A DNA stretch of 64,000 nucleotides from an uncultured Verrucomicrobiae bacterium. Lineage in GTDB: Bacteria > Verrucomicrobiota > Verrucomicrobiia > Chthoniobacterales > JAFAMB01. The DNA lies in the NCBI GenBank assembly GCA_963762565.1, contig CAVXLD010000009.1, forward strand, positions 96,001-160,000, given 5' to 3'. The translations under genes and the position numbers were made by a program. Positions within the stretch are counted from its first letter, which is position 1. Each line of letters opens with the position of its first letter. The notes beneath the pieces are model-generated. The model worked only from the letters and a program-made list of their open reading frames with translations. It had not been told where the DNA came from and did not search any database. Shown piece after piece: positions 1 to 10,238 of this stretch.

Positions 1-1
1 C

Positions 2-1582
2 GAAGTGGAAGCTTTCAATCAGGCGGCGGTCAGACTGACCAAAAAGGCTGCCGCTAATAAGGACATCTGGATCGCAGGAAGTGTCGGGCCGTTGGGCATC
101 TATGCGGACGAAGCGGAGGTCATGCAGATTGATCGCGGCGCGGTATTCACGGGTCAGCTGAAAGCGTTGTTAGAGGCAGAAGTAGACGCGATTTTTCTCG
201 AGACCTTCTTGGACTTCGAAGAGATCAAAATTGCACTAACCTCGTTACGCAAGCTTAGCTCCGATGTCCCCGTGATCTGTTCCATGGTCTGCTCAGAAGA
301 AGGGCGCCTGCCGTCGAGCTTGCCAGTCCTACAGGCTTTTCGGGAGTTGGTAAGACTCGGGGCCAATGTGGTCGGCGTAAACTGTGTCACCGGGCCGCAT
401 GCCATGGTTCGCATTTTGCGCAGGATTCCGACCGACTTTCTGATCAGCGCTTTCCCAAATGCTGGCTACCCGCGTTATCACGAAGGCCGTTTTCTGTACA
501 ACGCGGCGCCCGAGTACTTTGGTAAGGCAAGTCGCGAATTTGTGGCAGAAGGAGCGCGGTTAATCGGTGGATGTTGCGGAGTAGGGCCCGAACACATCCG
601 GCAGATGGCGCTGGCGATTGCCGGTATGAAACCGGTTACTTCAAAGCCGGCTATCCAACGCCTCGAAGAACCTCTGCAGCGCAGGCGTCCGGCAGAGACC
701 AGCTTGTTAGATCTGCTGAAGAGCGGCCATACGGTTATCGTTACGGAGCTGGATCCGCCAAAAACGTTAGATCTGGAACGATATTTCAAAGCAGCGCAGC
801 ATCTAGTTGACGCCGGTAGCGACGCGATCACGCTGGCCGACAATTCCCTGGCGATTTTGCGAGTTAGCAATCTCGCCATCGGAGCGATCCTCAAGCAGCA
901 GTACAACATCATGCCGCTGCTTCATGTTAGCTGCCGGGACCGGAATTTAATCGGTCTGCAAAGCGAGCTACTTGGGATTTCCGCACTTGGAATCCGGCAT
1001 ATTCTACCGCTCACGGGTGACCCGGCGAAATTTGGGGATCAACCCGGCGCTTCGTCGGTGTACGACGTGAACTCCATCCAATTGATGGAAATCATTTCCG
1101 GTTTGAACAAGGGGTACAATTTTACGGGCAAGAGTATCAAGTACCCTACCGATTTTGTAATGGGCTGTACGCTTAATCCGAATGCCAAAAATCTCGATGC
1201 TCAGATTTCGCGCTTAGAAAGAAAGGTTGCAGCCGGGGCCAGCTATGTAATGACCCAGCCGGTCTTTGATCCAGCGCTAGTCAAAACCATGTACGAACGA
1301 ACGCGCCACCTCAACGTTCCGATCTTCACCGGGGTGTGGCCGCTGCTAAACGGAAGGCAAACTGAATTTTTGCACCATGAGGTACCCGGTATTATCATCC
1401 CGGACATTGTGCGCTCAAAAATGACTGGTAAAGAAGGGGCGGAAGGCAAGCGCATGGGTGTCGACCTGGCAAAGCGGATTATCGACACCGTGCTAGAGTT
1501 CTTCCCAGGGGTCTATTTGATCACGCCTTTTCTTTCTTATGACACCACCGCCGAGCTCGCCCAGTTCGTCCGAGGCATATAG
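2..1582 (+). CDS. Bifunctional homocysteine S-methyltransferase / methylenetetrahydrofolate reductase (YitJ-like), 5'-truncated by the window edge
   Basis: HMT motifs (IAGSVGP, GVNC, IGGCCG) followed by an MTHFR-like domain (ELDPPK, HVSCRDRNLIGLQS, TGDP, MTQPVFD). Confidence 0.88.
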   Translation, partial: EVEAFNQAAVRLTKKAAANKDIWIAGSVGPLGIYADEAEVMQIDRGAVFTGQLKALLEAEVDAIFLETFLDFEEIKIALTSLRKLSSDVPVICSMVCSEEGRLPSSLPVLQAFRELVRLGANVVGVNCVTGPHAMVRILRRIPTDFLISAFPNAGYPRYHEGRFLYNAAPEYFGKASREFVAEGARLIGGCCGVGPEHIRQMALAIAGMKPVTSKPAIQRLEEPLQRRRPAETSLLDLLKSGHTVIVTELDPPKTLDLERYFKAAQHLVDAGSDAITLADNSLAILRVSNLAIGAILKQQYNIMPLLHVSCRDRNLIGLQSELLGISALGIRHILPLTGDPAKFGDQPGASSVYDVNSIQLMEIISGLNKGYNFTGKSIKYPTDFVMGCTLNPNAKNLDAQISRLERKVAAGASYVMTQPVFDPALVKTMYERTRHLNVPIFTGVWPLLNGRQTEFLHHEVPGIIIPDIVRSKMTGKEGAEGKRMGVDLAKRIIDTVLEFFPGVYLITPFLSYDTTAELAQFVRGI

Positions 1583-2303
1583 CAGCCATAGGGTCCCGTG
1601 GACCCTGATAATTCAAGTCGGCGGACTAGCGCTGGCAATCGTGGTGATCTTTTTATTAAGCTCACAGTATCCGGTCCTGAATTGGATTGGTGACGCCCGG
1701 AAACACATCGAAAGCCTCGGCATCTGGAGCGGCATCGTTTATCCGATTGCCTACGCGATCTGCAATGTGCTGCTTCTGCCCGGAGGAATTCTAAGCATCG
1801 GAGGCGGATTCATCTTTGGACTATGGTGGGGGTTTCTCATTGTCCTAGTCGGCAACCTGCTTGGCGCGACGACCGCCTTCTGCATTGCCCGGCGCCTTGG
1901 CCGCCGGCGAGTCGAGAAGCTAATCAACAATAGCCGCCGGCTCCGAGTCATCGATCGGGCGATCGAAAGGCATGGATGGAAAATTGTTGTTCTGTCCCAG
2001 TTGAACCCGTTAGCGCCGTCGAGCTTACTAAACTATTTCTACGGGCTGACGCGGGTCCCGCTTTATCGATGCCTTCTGTGGATCGCGCTCGGCCAAACTC
2101 CCGGGTTATTCCTTTACGCGTTTATCGGCACGTTAGGCCAGTTCGGCGTCGAAATGGCCCGCGGCACTAAACAACCGGGTCTCCATGATTATTTAGTGTG
2201 GGGTACCGGTTTCATCTTAACGATTTGTACCACCTACTTGCTCGGCCGCTTAGCCAAGCGCATCATGACAGAGGTGGAGGCTGAGATGGAGAGCCAAACT
2301 TGA
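1539..2303 (+). CDS. TVP38/TMEM64 (DedA/SNARE-associated, YdjX-like) membrane protein
   Basis: Multiple hydrophobic helices; LPGGILSIGGGFIFG and LNPLAPSSLLNYFYG motifs; start uncertain. Confidence 0.8.
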   Translation: MTPPPSSPSSSEAYSSHRVPWTLIIQVGGLALAIVVIFLLSSQYPVLNWIGDARKHIESLGIWSGIVYPIAYAICNVLLLPGGILSIGGGFIFGLWWGFLIVLVGNLLGATTAFCIARRLGRRRVEKLINNSRRLRVIDRAIERHGWKIVVLSQLNPLAPSSLLNYFYGLTRVPLYRCLLWIALGQTPGLFLYAFIGTLGQFGVEMARGTKQPGLHDYLVWGTGFILTICTTYLLGRLAKRIMTEVEAEMESQT

Positions 2304-2347
2304 CGGAAGACCGACTCCGGCTACCGTAGGCAGAGGTTGCAGCGCGG

Positions 2348-2710
2348 ATGAACTCCTCCACACCCGACAGCCGGGAAGCAGATATAGTCATTTATCTCGA
2401 CTACGGTGTCGATTGCGTTTTCGGCTATTACAGCGATATCCGCCTGAATGACCAAGGGCTAGTCTTTCGTTCCCGTTGGCGGTTCGATCTCGGAACTCAA
2501 ATATCGTTAAGGGTTTGCGCCAAACCGGAGTCACCAGATACAACGCCGGTTTGCGTCGATCTCACCGGGATCGTGGTCAGCTGCGATCGCATGTACTGCC
2601 GATCCGTGGCCTATGAAGTGACTTTGTTGTTCTTCGAGGAACAATCCGAAAGCGGCTGTGAGCTCAGTCGTTTGACTTGCCGGCCGGAATTAATGGGGAA
2701 TCTGAATTAA
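2348..2710 (+). CDS. Hypothetical protein, possibly PilZ-like beta-barrel
   Basis: 120-aa ATG ORF; GLVFRS...LGTQISLRV...GIVVSC...YEVTLLF pattern resembles PilZ-type barrels. Confidence 0.5.
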   Translation: MNSSTPDSREADIVIYLDYGVDCVFGYYSDIRLNDQGLVFRSRWRFDLGTQISLRVCAKPESPDTTPVCVDLTGIVVSCDRMYCRSVAYEVTLLFFEEQSESGCELSRLTCRPELMGNLN

Positions 2711-2922
2711 GGTGTGAATGGAACCCGGGAGAGAGCGCTCGTGGCGACTGCGCTTTGTGGTTCGGCTGCACCCTGTCGCCTTAGGCAACCTCTCGGACCA
2801 ATTAGGTCCATTGGCGTAACCGACAGTCGCCGTTACCGGAAACCACTCGTCATCGCCGGTTATTTGGGCAAGACGCCCAATAAGGCGCCGTGGCAAAACG
2901 TTGGTCGCGCGGGAGCCTCGTT

Positions 2923-3192
2923 TTACCCCTTCAGCTTCGCGGCCACCGCATGGTTGGCGCGGCTTTTCCGGCGAGCAGCGTAATTCTTGTGAATGACGCC
3001 ACGCTTCGCGGCCTTGTCGAGACTGGAAGCAAATACAGCCAGTTCAGCTTCGATTTTGCTCTTATCTCCTGCGGTGATCGCCGCACTCAGCTTTTTCTGC
3101 TGCGACTTGATTCCAGTGAGGACTGACTTGTTTTGCTGGGTACGAGCTACGGTCTGCCTTGCCCGTTTCCCTGCTGATCGCGTATTTGCCAT
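2923..3192 (-). CDS. rpsT: 30S ribosomal protein S20
   Basis: MANTRSAGKRARQ...LDKAAKRGVIHKNYAARRKSR is the typical S20 pattern. Confidence 0.97.
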   Translation of the reverse strand: MANTRSAGKRARQTVARTQQNKSVLTGIKSQQKKLSAAITAGDKSKIEAELAVFASSLDKAAKRGVIHKNYAARRKSRANHAVAAKLKG

Positions 3193-3255
3193 GAGCTTCT
3201 AAAAAAAGGAAACGGAGCCTCACATTGTTAGCTGACTGCGTCAACCGGGAATTTT

Positions 3256-3340
3256 TTCCGCCTTCGTCCCTGGTCTCCCCTAAACTACGGCGCGACAGGT
3301 TCCGCCTTCGTCCCCTGGTCTCCCCTAAACTACGGCGCGA
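3256..3340. repeat. Tandem duplication of a ~40-bp unit upstream of rpsT
   Basis: ttccgccttcgtccc(c)tggtctcccctaaactacggcgcga occurs twice in direct orientation. Confidence 0.8.
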
Positions 3341-3375
3341 GAAGCCGCTTCCGGCTTCGCTCCGCCCTGACAAGT

Positions 3376-3852
3376 TCACCCCTCGGGTTGGGTCTGCCGC
3401 TCTCGATCGTCTGCTTTAGAGGGCCGATTGAGTAAGGCGTTAAATACCCGACGAGGGAGGCTGTGTCCCTGCTCTTCAGTCTCGAGTTCGCCTGACGCTG
3501 CCTGTTTCGCCTGCTCCCAAACCGCAGGAAAACCAGGCGATTGCGAATTCATGTAGCGTTCGGCTCTGGCGTATACTTCCAGATCGCGTTGCTGTTTCCG
3601 GTCGGGTGTCTGGCTCAGACTCGCCACCTTCATTCTGAGATTTTCATTCTGCGCTCGCAGATTCTGCAAATCTACTTTTAACCGGTTAGTGGCGTCCGCC
3701 TCCAATTCTAGTTTGTCAGCTAGATGCCGTCGCAGGCGAATCACTTCGCGACGTGTTTCCCAAAGTCGAAGTATTGCTAAGCCGGTTCCAATAAGCCCAA
3801 GAAGTAATCCCACTCCTAATCCCCAGAAGAAGTGGTCATGTGTAAAGTCCAT
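3376..3852 (-). CDS. Hypothetical membrane-anchored coiled-coil protein
   Basis: N-terminal TM segment (FFWGLGVGLLLGLIG) followed by a heptad-rich helix. Confidence 0.7.
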   Translation of the reverse strand: MDFTHDHFFWGLGVGLLLGLIGTGLAILRLWETRREVIRLRRHLADKLELEADATNRLKVDLQNLRAQNENLRMKVASLSQTPDRKQQRDLEVYARAERYMNSQSPGFPAVWEQAKQAASGELETEEQGHSLPRRVFNALLNRPSKADDRERQTQPEG

Positions 3853-3911
3853 GGTGACGGGAAAGTAAACTGTGACGGACGTTGATCAAGTTCGCAGTTG
3901 GCGGTTTTCAG

Positions 3912-4982
3912 TTAAGCGGTGGCCGCGAACCGGGAATGGTGAACCCCCTCCTTGCCTAGGATGATACGAAGAAAGGTCGCATCGGAGAAAGGACCGTCGC
4001 GGCCCTGGCGAACGATGATCAGGTCCATAGAAGGGATGATGAACATGCGCTGATAACCAGATCCAATTGCGGCGATAAGATCTCGCGGCGCATCGCGGCA
4101 AAGACAGACGTGTTGCCAATATTCCCGTTGCCAAGGGATGTCTAACTCCTTTTCAACATCAATTTCGCTGGCGCCATCGCTGGCCGTCCGATTTATCCAG
4201 AATCCCATACCAAACATCGGATTCGCTCGACTGCCACGAAACAACTCTTCCAGCATACCGCTCGGAACGATTTGGCGGTGACCGTATTTCCCATCGTTGA
4301 GAATGAGTATGCCTAGCTGGGCCCACTGCCTGCAGCTCAATTTGAAACCGCTGGCAAGTAACGGATGTCCGACTTCATCTTCTCGAAAGTCGACACCGTA
4401 GATGCCGAGAGGACTCAGGATTCGTCGCTGAAGATATCCTTGAAGAGTAAGCTGCCGTCGCAGTAATTTTCGGCGGAGAACATCAGAAAAAATCTGGAGT
4501 TGACTCGGGCCATACATGAAGGTTTGGCCCGGGGGAGCGACTGCTCTCAAAGCAATGCTATAACGGTTGCGATCGGGGATCCTTTTGCCATGAAGAGCGA
4601 ATACGGGTTCGATGCCAGCGGTAAAGTTCAGGAGATTGCGAATGGTGATATTCTGCTTGTCCGGTTTATCGTCCCACTCGGTGATCGTATTCTTCACTGG
4701 TTCATCCAAGTCCAGGAGACCGTCTTGTTGGGCGGCGATAGCAGCCAGGCACCAGAATCCCTTCGTGCCGCTGAAGATCGAGGCAACCCTATCCTGGTCA
4801 TCCCCATGCGCATAAGACTCGTGGAGGATGTGACCATCCTGGATCACCAACAGAGACAGACCTTGGTGCGCCACCGAGTACTTCTGTGCTGCCGCGCAAC
4901 TGGCTACCGAGACATCTCCGTACGCGGAAGTGAGAACGACCATGCCGGCAGCCAAAATCACCAAAGAACAAATCATTCTCAT
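3912..4982 (-). CDS. Serine hydrolase, beta-lactamase/class C-like family, secreted
   Basis: Signal peptide; SxxK (SGTK), ITIRNLL, FMYG, IGSGYQRMFIIPSMDLIIVR. Confidence 0.88.
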   Translation of the reverse strand: MRMICSLVILAAGMVVLTSAYGDVSVASCAAAQKYSVAHQGLSLLVIQDGHILHESYAHGDDQDRVASIFSGTKGFWCLAAIAAQQDGLLDLDEPVKNTITEWDDKPDKQNITIRNLLNFTAGIEPVFALHGKRIPDRNRYSIALRAVAPPGQTFMYGPSQLQIFSDVLRRKLLRRQLTLQGYLQRRILSPLGIYGVDFREDEVGHPLLASGFKLSCRQWAQLGILILNDGKYGHRQIVPSGMLEELFRGSRANPMFGMGFWINRTASDGASEIDVEKELDIPWQREYWQHVCLCRDAPRDLIAAIGSGYQRMFIIPSMDLIIVRQGRDGPFSDATFLRIILGKEGVHHSRFAATA

Positions 4983-5142
4983 GAAGCCGCAACCACTACT
5001 GTTGCTGGCCGGAAAAGCAAGAGAGGAAGGAGTTCAGGAGTTGCAGGCCCGCCCGCATCGCTACGCGAAGCGTTGCGGGCGGGAGTTCGGGAGTTCAGGA
5101 GCCGGTTATTCGACAGATTTGGGCAATTCTCAATTCTTGGCC

Positions 5143-5793
5143 ATGGAGAGCGATCATTTCCAGACGCTTGAGCAGAGCAAGGAGGCGGTTCCGTTCCGAC
5201 TCTTTTTCTCCATCAATCCGCCTCCCGATGTGATCCATCATTTGTCGGCGATGCAGAGTGAAGTGAGAAAGGTTCTGGAAACCGGTTTCGACCCAAGGCG
5301 CACGGTGCGCTGGATCCGGCCGACCCAGTTTCACTTGACCATTCTATTTTTGGGGAATGTGCCGCCCGCGGAAATCCCGAGCTTAGAACTGGTAGCAAAC
5401 GAAATAATGGCGTCGTTCACCGAGCTGCCGATTTTGACCCTAGGCAATATCGGCAGCTTTCCTGCGTTTCATCGTCCCAGAGTCTTATGGGTCGGATGCC
5501 GTTCCAATGAAGTGCTAAACCAGCTCCAATCTCGGTTTTTAGCCGCGTTTTCCCGAAGAATTCCGCTTAAAGAGAACGAGCGTTCTTACCCTCACATCAC
5601 CATCGCTCGATTTCGTCACCTTCCTCGCAGGTTCGCAGAGAGAATGCGCGTGCTCTCAGAAAAGAATTGGTTCCCCGAATGTGTCTGGCGCGTACATGCG
5701 GTGAGCTTGATGCGGAGCGTACCTCGACCCGACGGTGTCGAATACACTTGTTTGTCGAATTTCTCGCCCGACATTGGCGCTGATGGACCCTGA
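5143..5793 (+). CDS. thpR: RNA 2',3'-cyclic phosphodiesterase (2H phosphoesterase)
   Basis: RLFFSI; two HxT motifs (FHLTILFLG, PHITIAR); FP...PRVLWVG. Start moved to ATG 5143 because the upstream part of the ORF is repeat DNA. Confidence 0.88.
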   Translation: MESDHFQTLEQSKEAVPFRLFFSINPPPDVIHHLSAMQSEVRKVLETGFDPRRTVRWIRPTQFHLTILFLGNVPPAEIPSLELVANEIMASFTELPILTLGNIGSFPAFHRPRVLWVGCRSNEVLNQLQSRFLAAFSRRIPLKENERSYPHITIARFRHLPRRFAERMRVLSEKNWFPECVWRVHAVSLMRSVPRPDGVEYTCLSNFSPDIGADGP

Positions 5794-6121
5794 AGAGCAG
5801 TTGCGGAACGATGCCTGGATCGGAGATGCAGTGCTGGCCCTTTTCGCGCGTTCTTGGCTTCTGCAAATTGGTCAAACAGAAAACTCCAAGGATCGCAATC
5901 GCTTGTTCGAATTGTGGGTTTCGAATCAGTTCCTCTCTTCTTTCGGTGAACCAACCTGTGTGGAGGCCGCGATTGGAAGGACCTATGCCAGCGGAGGATT
6001 GGACGCAGCTTTCGCGTTTATTGAGGGGAATCTCTTAAAGCGATTTCTCCAAACCGCCAGAAATCGCGGATTTAATTTGGCGGTGACGAAGAAGCATTCT
6101 AGCGGCGAAGCCGCGACTTAG
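5783..6121 (+). CDS. Small RNase III-domain-like protein
   Basis: DAWIGDAVL resembles the RNase III signature (xxxLGDAV); VSNQFL and VEAAIG match later RNase III helices; overlaps the thpR stop. Confidence 0.6.
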   Translation: MDPEEQLRNDAWIGDAVLALFARSWLLQIGQTENSKDRNRLFELWVSNQFLSSFGEPTCVEAAIGRTYASGGLDAAFAFIEGNLLKRFLQTARNRGFNLAVTKKHSSGEAAT

Positions 6122-6778
6122 CAGCGAAGCTGCGACTCAAAATAGCCTAGGGTGAAGCCCTAGGAACGTGAATAAATAGCGATTTAGCGCTGAAAGCGCG
6201 TGACAATAACGTATTTTCTTTATGTTATTACTGCGTGCCGCAATCGTTGGCAAGCCTTCTCACCCATTTAATCTTCTCTACCAAGAACCGAAAACCTTTG
6301 CTCTATGGCAAGGATCTCCAAGAACGGACTCACGCTTATCTGGCCACGGTGCTGAATGATTTGAAATGTCCAACCGTGATTGTCGGCGGCGTTGCGAACC
6401 ATGTGCATATCCTCTGTCAGTTGGCCAAAACCAAGTCGGTCTCCGACGTCATGGAGCACCTGAAGGCTTCTTCCTCAAAATGGTTAAAGACACAGGGAAG
6501 CCACGCCTTCAGTTGGCAACGCGGCTATGGCGTTTTCTCCGTCAGCCAGTCGCTGGTCGCCGCCGTTGTTCGTTACATCGAGCGGCAAGAGGAACATCAT
6601 CGCACAATCACATTCGAAGAAGAATATCGATCAATTCTCAAAGGTTACCGAGTCGTGTTTGATGAACGATACGTCTGGGATTAGCGCGGCATTGAAGCGC
6701 ACCTTCAGTGCGCGGCGCTTTGGGGGCGTTGTCCTAGGGCTTCGCCTAGGCTATCTTGAGTCACCGCTTCGCGGCTAG
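6101..6778 (+). mobile_element. IS200/IS605-like (possibly REP-associated) element: tnpA with palindromic inverted flanks
   Basis: Left flank agcgaagctgcgactcaaaatagcctagggtgaagccctagga...gcgctgaaagcgcg is an imperfect inverted copy of the right flank gcgcaccttcagtgcgc...tcctagggcttcgcctaggctatcttgagtcaccgcttcgcggct. Confidence 0.75.
6235..6684 (+). CDS. tnpA: IS200/IS605-family Y1 (HUH) transposase
   Basis: HLIFSTKNR, HUH motif NHVHIL, KASSSKW, FSWQRGYGVFSVS, catalytic Tyr in YIERQEEHH. Confidence 0.93.
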   Translation: MPQSLASLLTHLIFSTKNRKPLLYGKDLQERTHAYLATVLNDLKCPTVIVGGVANHVHILCQLAKTKSVSDVMEHLKASSSKWLKTQGSHAFSWQRGYGVFSVSQSLVAAVVRYIERQEEHHRTITFEEEYRSILKGYRVVFDERYVWD

Positions 6779-6824
6779 TTTGAGGCGTTCGCGCGCGCCC
6801 TCCCCGTCAGGGGTCGAACGACCG

Positions 6825-8660
6825 TTACACCGCTGCCAACTCTTCCACCCGGACCGCGACCGGTAGATCACAAAAGAACTCGGTTTGACCGTTGATCTCG
6901 CTTTTTACGCCGATGCGGCCGTCGTGCGCTTGAACAACCTGCCGGGCGATGGAGAGGCCCAAGCCTACCCCATCCCGGATACTTTGTTTTTCCGAGCGAT
7001 AAAACTTATCGAATACCTTGGCTTGCTCCAGATCAGATAGACCCGGACCATGATTGCTTACGCTAAAACGCACGAATTCTTCGCTGAGTTGCTGCACCCG
7101 GAGTTCGACTTGGGTGCCAGGGAAACTGTACTTGAGCGCATTGGACAGGAAGTTAGTGAGCACTAACGAAATACGGGTGCTGTCAACTGAGACTTCCGGT
7201 AAGTCCGGAGCAATATCCAACTCCAGATTCAGCGAAGCTTGATCGAAAAGTTCCAGAAAACGATCATAAGCGTCTTGCGCCAGTTGGGCAGGTGAGACTG
7301 GGCCAAGATCCAGTTGGTCTTGACCGCTCTCCATACGAGCCAGATCCAAGATACTCTTCAGCGTTTTCAGCAACCGCTCACATTCGTTGCAGCCAGTTAC
7401 GACCAATTCCTCCTGTGAGCTCGACAATTTGCCGGTGCGCTGTTCCAGCAACAGATGCAGGACCAGGCGTATCCCGGTCAACGGTGTCTTGATTTCGTGG
7501 CTTAAGGTCGCCAGCAAATCGGTTTTGACTTCGTCCAACCAACGGAACCGGGTCACATCAACCAGCATTACCGCACGCCCCGAGAATGTCCCATCTTCCA
7601 GGATGACCGGAAAGATTCGGGGCAAGAAATACGTTTCTTGCTCATTGATTCGAAAGAGCAAGGCTTGCTTGAGATCATCCATCCGATAGTCGGTCCCGGC
7701 TCGGGCCACATCCAATAACCGGCGTTTAACCTGTTGGGGTAAATGGGTTCCAGCGCCGAGATTGGCCATCAGACTTTCAGCGGCCGGATTCATCCGGGAA
7801 ATGCGGTCATGCTCGTCCAGAATGAAGAGCGGATAAGGCAACGTGGTCAGCAAAGCCCGGATCACCTGGTTTAACTCGATGAGCTTGCGATCCGTTTCTC
7901 GGTAGAAACTGCGGAGCTCCTGAGCCATGCGATTGAACTCATTGGTGAGTTCACCCAATTCATCCCGGCTCTGGACCGGCAGCAGATGGTCGAATTCTCT
8001 GGAACGCAGATCCCGAATGGAGTGGGTCAATCGACGGATAGGATGAATGAGCGAACGCCCCAGCCGGGTGTAAGTGAAAATGAAGACGATGACCGAACTC
8101 ACCATCGCGATCAATAGAAGCCGGATTGAGTCCGCTGCCTTACGGCGCGCTTCCTGGTTGGCCTGCAGCATTTGCTTTTCATTGATGCCGAGGATGGATT
8201 GACTCAGGTTCGTGATCTTGAGCGTCAACTCCGGAACCCGAGCCCAGGACTCATGGATGGCCGGGTCATGAGCGAAATATTGGCGAAACGTCTCCCGATA
8301 AACTTGGATGTAGTCTGTCGTCGCCTGCTTGAGCTGGCTCACCAGGTCTTTCTCTTCCGGCTCCCTGGCGTTCCGCTCCAGGACAGCAATAGCCGCCTGG
8401 AAATCCTTTTCTGTTCGATCTAACGGGCCGGTCTGGTCATAGGGCAGCGTCGGCCGGTCCACTCCGCGAGAATAGAAAATGTTAACTCTTGCGGTACCAA
8501 CCCGCATGGAATGGCAAGCCCGGATGCTGTCGTAATTCTTGCACATGACCCTGTCGACAGCTCGCCCGAGGTCATTAAACAGCCAGACACCGTAGATACC
8601 TACGGTGAGCAAAATGATCAGCGTGGCCAGCAGGCCAAGTGTAAGTCGCCAACGCAGCAT
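6825..8660 (-). CDS. HAMP/PAS-like sensor histidine kinase (KinB-like)
   Basis: Two TM segments, HAMP (DELGELTNEFNRM), H-box SHEIKTPLT, N-box NALKYS, G-boxes GVGLGLSI. Confidence 0.92.
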   Translation of the reverse strand: MLRWRLTLGLLATLIILLTVGIYGVWLFNDLGRAVDRVMCKNYDSIRACHSMRVGTARVNIFYSRGVDRPTLPYDQTGPLDRTEKDFQAAIAVLERNAREPEEKDLVSQLKQATTDYIQVYRETFRQYFAHDPAIHESWARVPELTLKITNLSQSILGINEKQMLQANQEARRKAADSIRLLLIAMVSSVIVFIFTYTRLGRSLIHPIRRLTHSIRDLRSREFDHLLPVQSRDELGELTNEFNRMAQELRSFYRETDRKLIELNQVIRALLTTLPYPLFILDEHDRISRMNPAAESLMANLGAGTHLPQQVKRRLLDVARAGTDYRMDDLKQALLFRINEQETYFLPRIFPVILEDGTFSGRAVMLVDVTRFRWLDEVKTDLLATLSHEIKTPLTGIRLVLHLLLEQRTGKLSSSQEELVVTGCNECERLLKTLKSILDLARMESGQDQLDLGPVSPAQLAQDAYDRFLELFDQASLNLELDIAPDLPEVSVDSTRISLVLTNFLSNALKYSFPGTQVELRVQQLSEEFVRFSVSNHGPGLSDLEQAKVFDKFYRSEKQSIRDGVGLGLSIARQVVQAHDGRIGVKSEINGQTEFFCDLPVAVRVEELAAV

Positions 8661-8661
8661 A

Positions 8662-8709
8662 AGCCTGGATTGTTGAAGAATCGCCTACGATTCTTCAACA
8701 ATCCAGGCT
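8662..8709. repeat. Perfect 22-bp-stem hairpin
   Basis: agcctggattgttgaagaatcg-ccta-cgattcttcaacaatccaggct. Confidence 0.85.
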
Positions 8710-8859
8710 ATTGCGTCGCGAGTCTTATATTTAAGAGCATTCACCATTAAGGGTACTCACAGCCGTTCGAGTTAGCCGATAGCCAGACGTCGATGTCTGG
8801 GTATCGGCTCATAGCGTGCCTCGCTGAAAAATGGCTAACCATTTTTCAGCGAGGCAGGC

Positions 8860-10194
8860 TTATTGGAGATTTAGCCGCTTCCGTTTTCGGTACAAGGTCG
8901 CTGGATCTATTCCTAAAGTCCTTGCCGCTGCATCGAGGCTGGATGCTCGCCCTAGAACGCTGCGGATATGAGCCTCCTCCAAAGTCTCCAGACTGACATC
9001 GCTCCCGATCGCAATCTTGGCGTCGAGAGGCGCCGGCGGGTTCTCTGGTATGAACCTTTCACCAATTAAATCATCCGGGGCCAGGATGACGGACCGTTCA
9101 ATCATGTTCCTCAGTTCTCGAAGATTACCCGGCCACTTGTAATTATTGAGTCTCTTCAATGCGCCGTCACTAAAGGCCACGCGCGGCCGGCCTAGCTGGC
9201 GAGAAAAGAATTCGAGATAAGATCTAGTAAGACGCGCTAAGTCAAGGAAACGCTCCCTTAAAGGCGGGATCCGGACCGAGATCACATCGAGACGATAGTA
9301 AAGATCTTCGCGGAAAGTGCCGGCTCGCACCCGCTCTTTCAGGTCGTTGTTTGTCGCCGCAATGATTCGTGCATCGGTAACCCGGATCTTATGTTCACCC
9401 AGCCGCTCATACTGGCGTTCTTGCAGCAAACGGAGCAATTTCGGCTGAATCTCGAGGGGAAGTTCACCAATCTCGTCGAGAAACAGCGTCCCCCCTTCGG
9501 CGGCCGCGACCTTGCCCCAGGTATCTCGAATGGCGCCCGTGAAAGCGCCTTTAACGTGCCCAAATAGGTCGCTCTCGAGCAGCTCGCGGGACAAACTAGG
9601 GCAACTCACCGTCACAAAAGGCGCGTCCCTCGCTCCGCTGCGGTCGTGGATGGCCTTAGCCAGGACACTCTTGCCGGTGCCGCTCTCGCCCAACAACAGT
9701 ATCGCGGCCTGCGTCGGCGCAGCTTTGAACAAAATTTCGACCGCCGACTGCATCGCCGGGTCATATGAAGAAAAGTCGAGCGTCGGATTCTGGAGATCGA
9801 TCTCCGTCTGTAACTCGACGATCTTGGTCTCCAGCTTCCGCTGCTTTTCCGCCCGAACCAAGATTTGGCGGAGGTTTTCCGGAGTAAAAGGCTTCTCCAG
9901 ATAATCAAAAGCCCCCTTCTGCATCGCCGTCACTGCCGAAGCCACGGATGCATAAGCGGTAAAAACGACGACTTGCACGTGAGGAAATCCTCGCTTGATC
10001 TCTTCGAGAACCTCCAGGCCGTCTTCATCTCCCAGCCGGAGGTCGAGAAAGACCAAATCGTAAGCGTCTTCCTGTAATTTCAGAAGAGCGACGGTTTTAC
10101 TGTCAGCGGATTCGGCGAAATGTCCTTCGGCACGGATGGCAATAACGGTGGAACTCCGAATGGCTTTTTCGTCGTCAATAATCAGCGCTCTCAT
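8860..10194 (-). CDS. Sigma54-dependent response regulator (NtrC/AlgB-like)
   Basis: Receiver domain (IIDDE, FLDLRL), Walker [31 protein letters not shown]-terminal HTH; ATG 10194 preferred over the upstream TTG. Confidence 0.93.
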   Translation of the reverse strand: MRALIIDDEKAIRSSTVIAIRAEGHFAESADSKTVALLKLQEDAYDLVFLDLRLGDEDGLEVLEEIKRGFPHVQVVVFTAYASVASAVTAMQKGAFDYLEKPFTPENLRQILVRAEKQRKLETKIVELQTEIDLQNPTLDFSSYDPAMQSAVEILFKAAPTQAAILLLGESGTGKSVLAKAIHDRSGARDAPFVTVSCPSLSRELLESDLFGHVKGAFTGAIRDTWGKVAAAEGGTLFLDEIGELPLEIQPKLLRLLQERQYERLGEHKIRVTDARIIAATNNDLKERVRAGTFREDLYYRLDVISVRIPPLRERFLDLARLTRSYLEFFSRQLGRPRVAFSDGALKRLNNYKWPGNLRELRNMIERSVILAPDDLIGERFIPENPPAPLDAKIAIGSDVSLETLEEAHIRSVLGRASSLDAAARTLGIDPATLYRKRKRLNLQ

Positions 10195-10222
10195 GAAATC
10201 CAGGCTTTGAGATTGTCCTTTA

Positions 10223-10238
10223 AGCAAATTTTGCGCCT
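10223..10238 (-). promoter_or_regulatory. Putative sigma54 -24/-12 promoter for the regulator-kinase operon
   Basis: Minus strand AGGCGCAAAATTTGCT (GG-N10-GC with TTGC at -12); AT-rich tract and TGCAAATTGCA motif further upstream. Confidence 0.65.
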
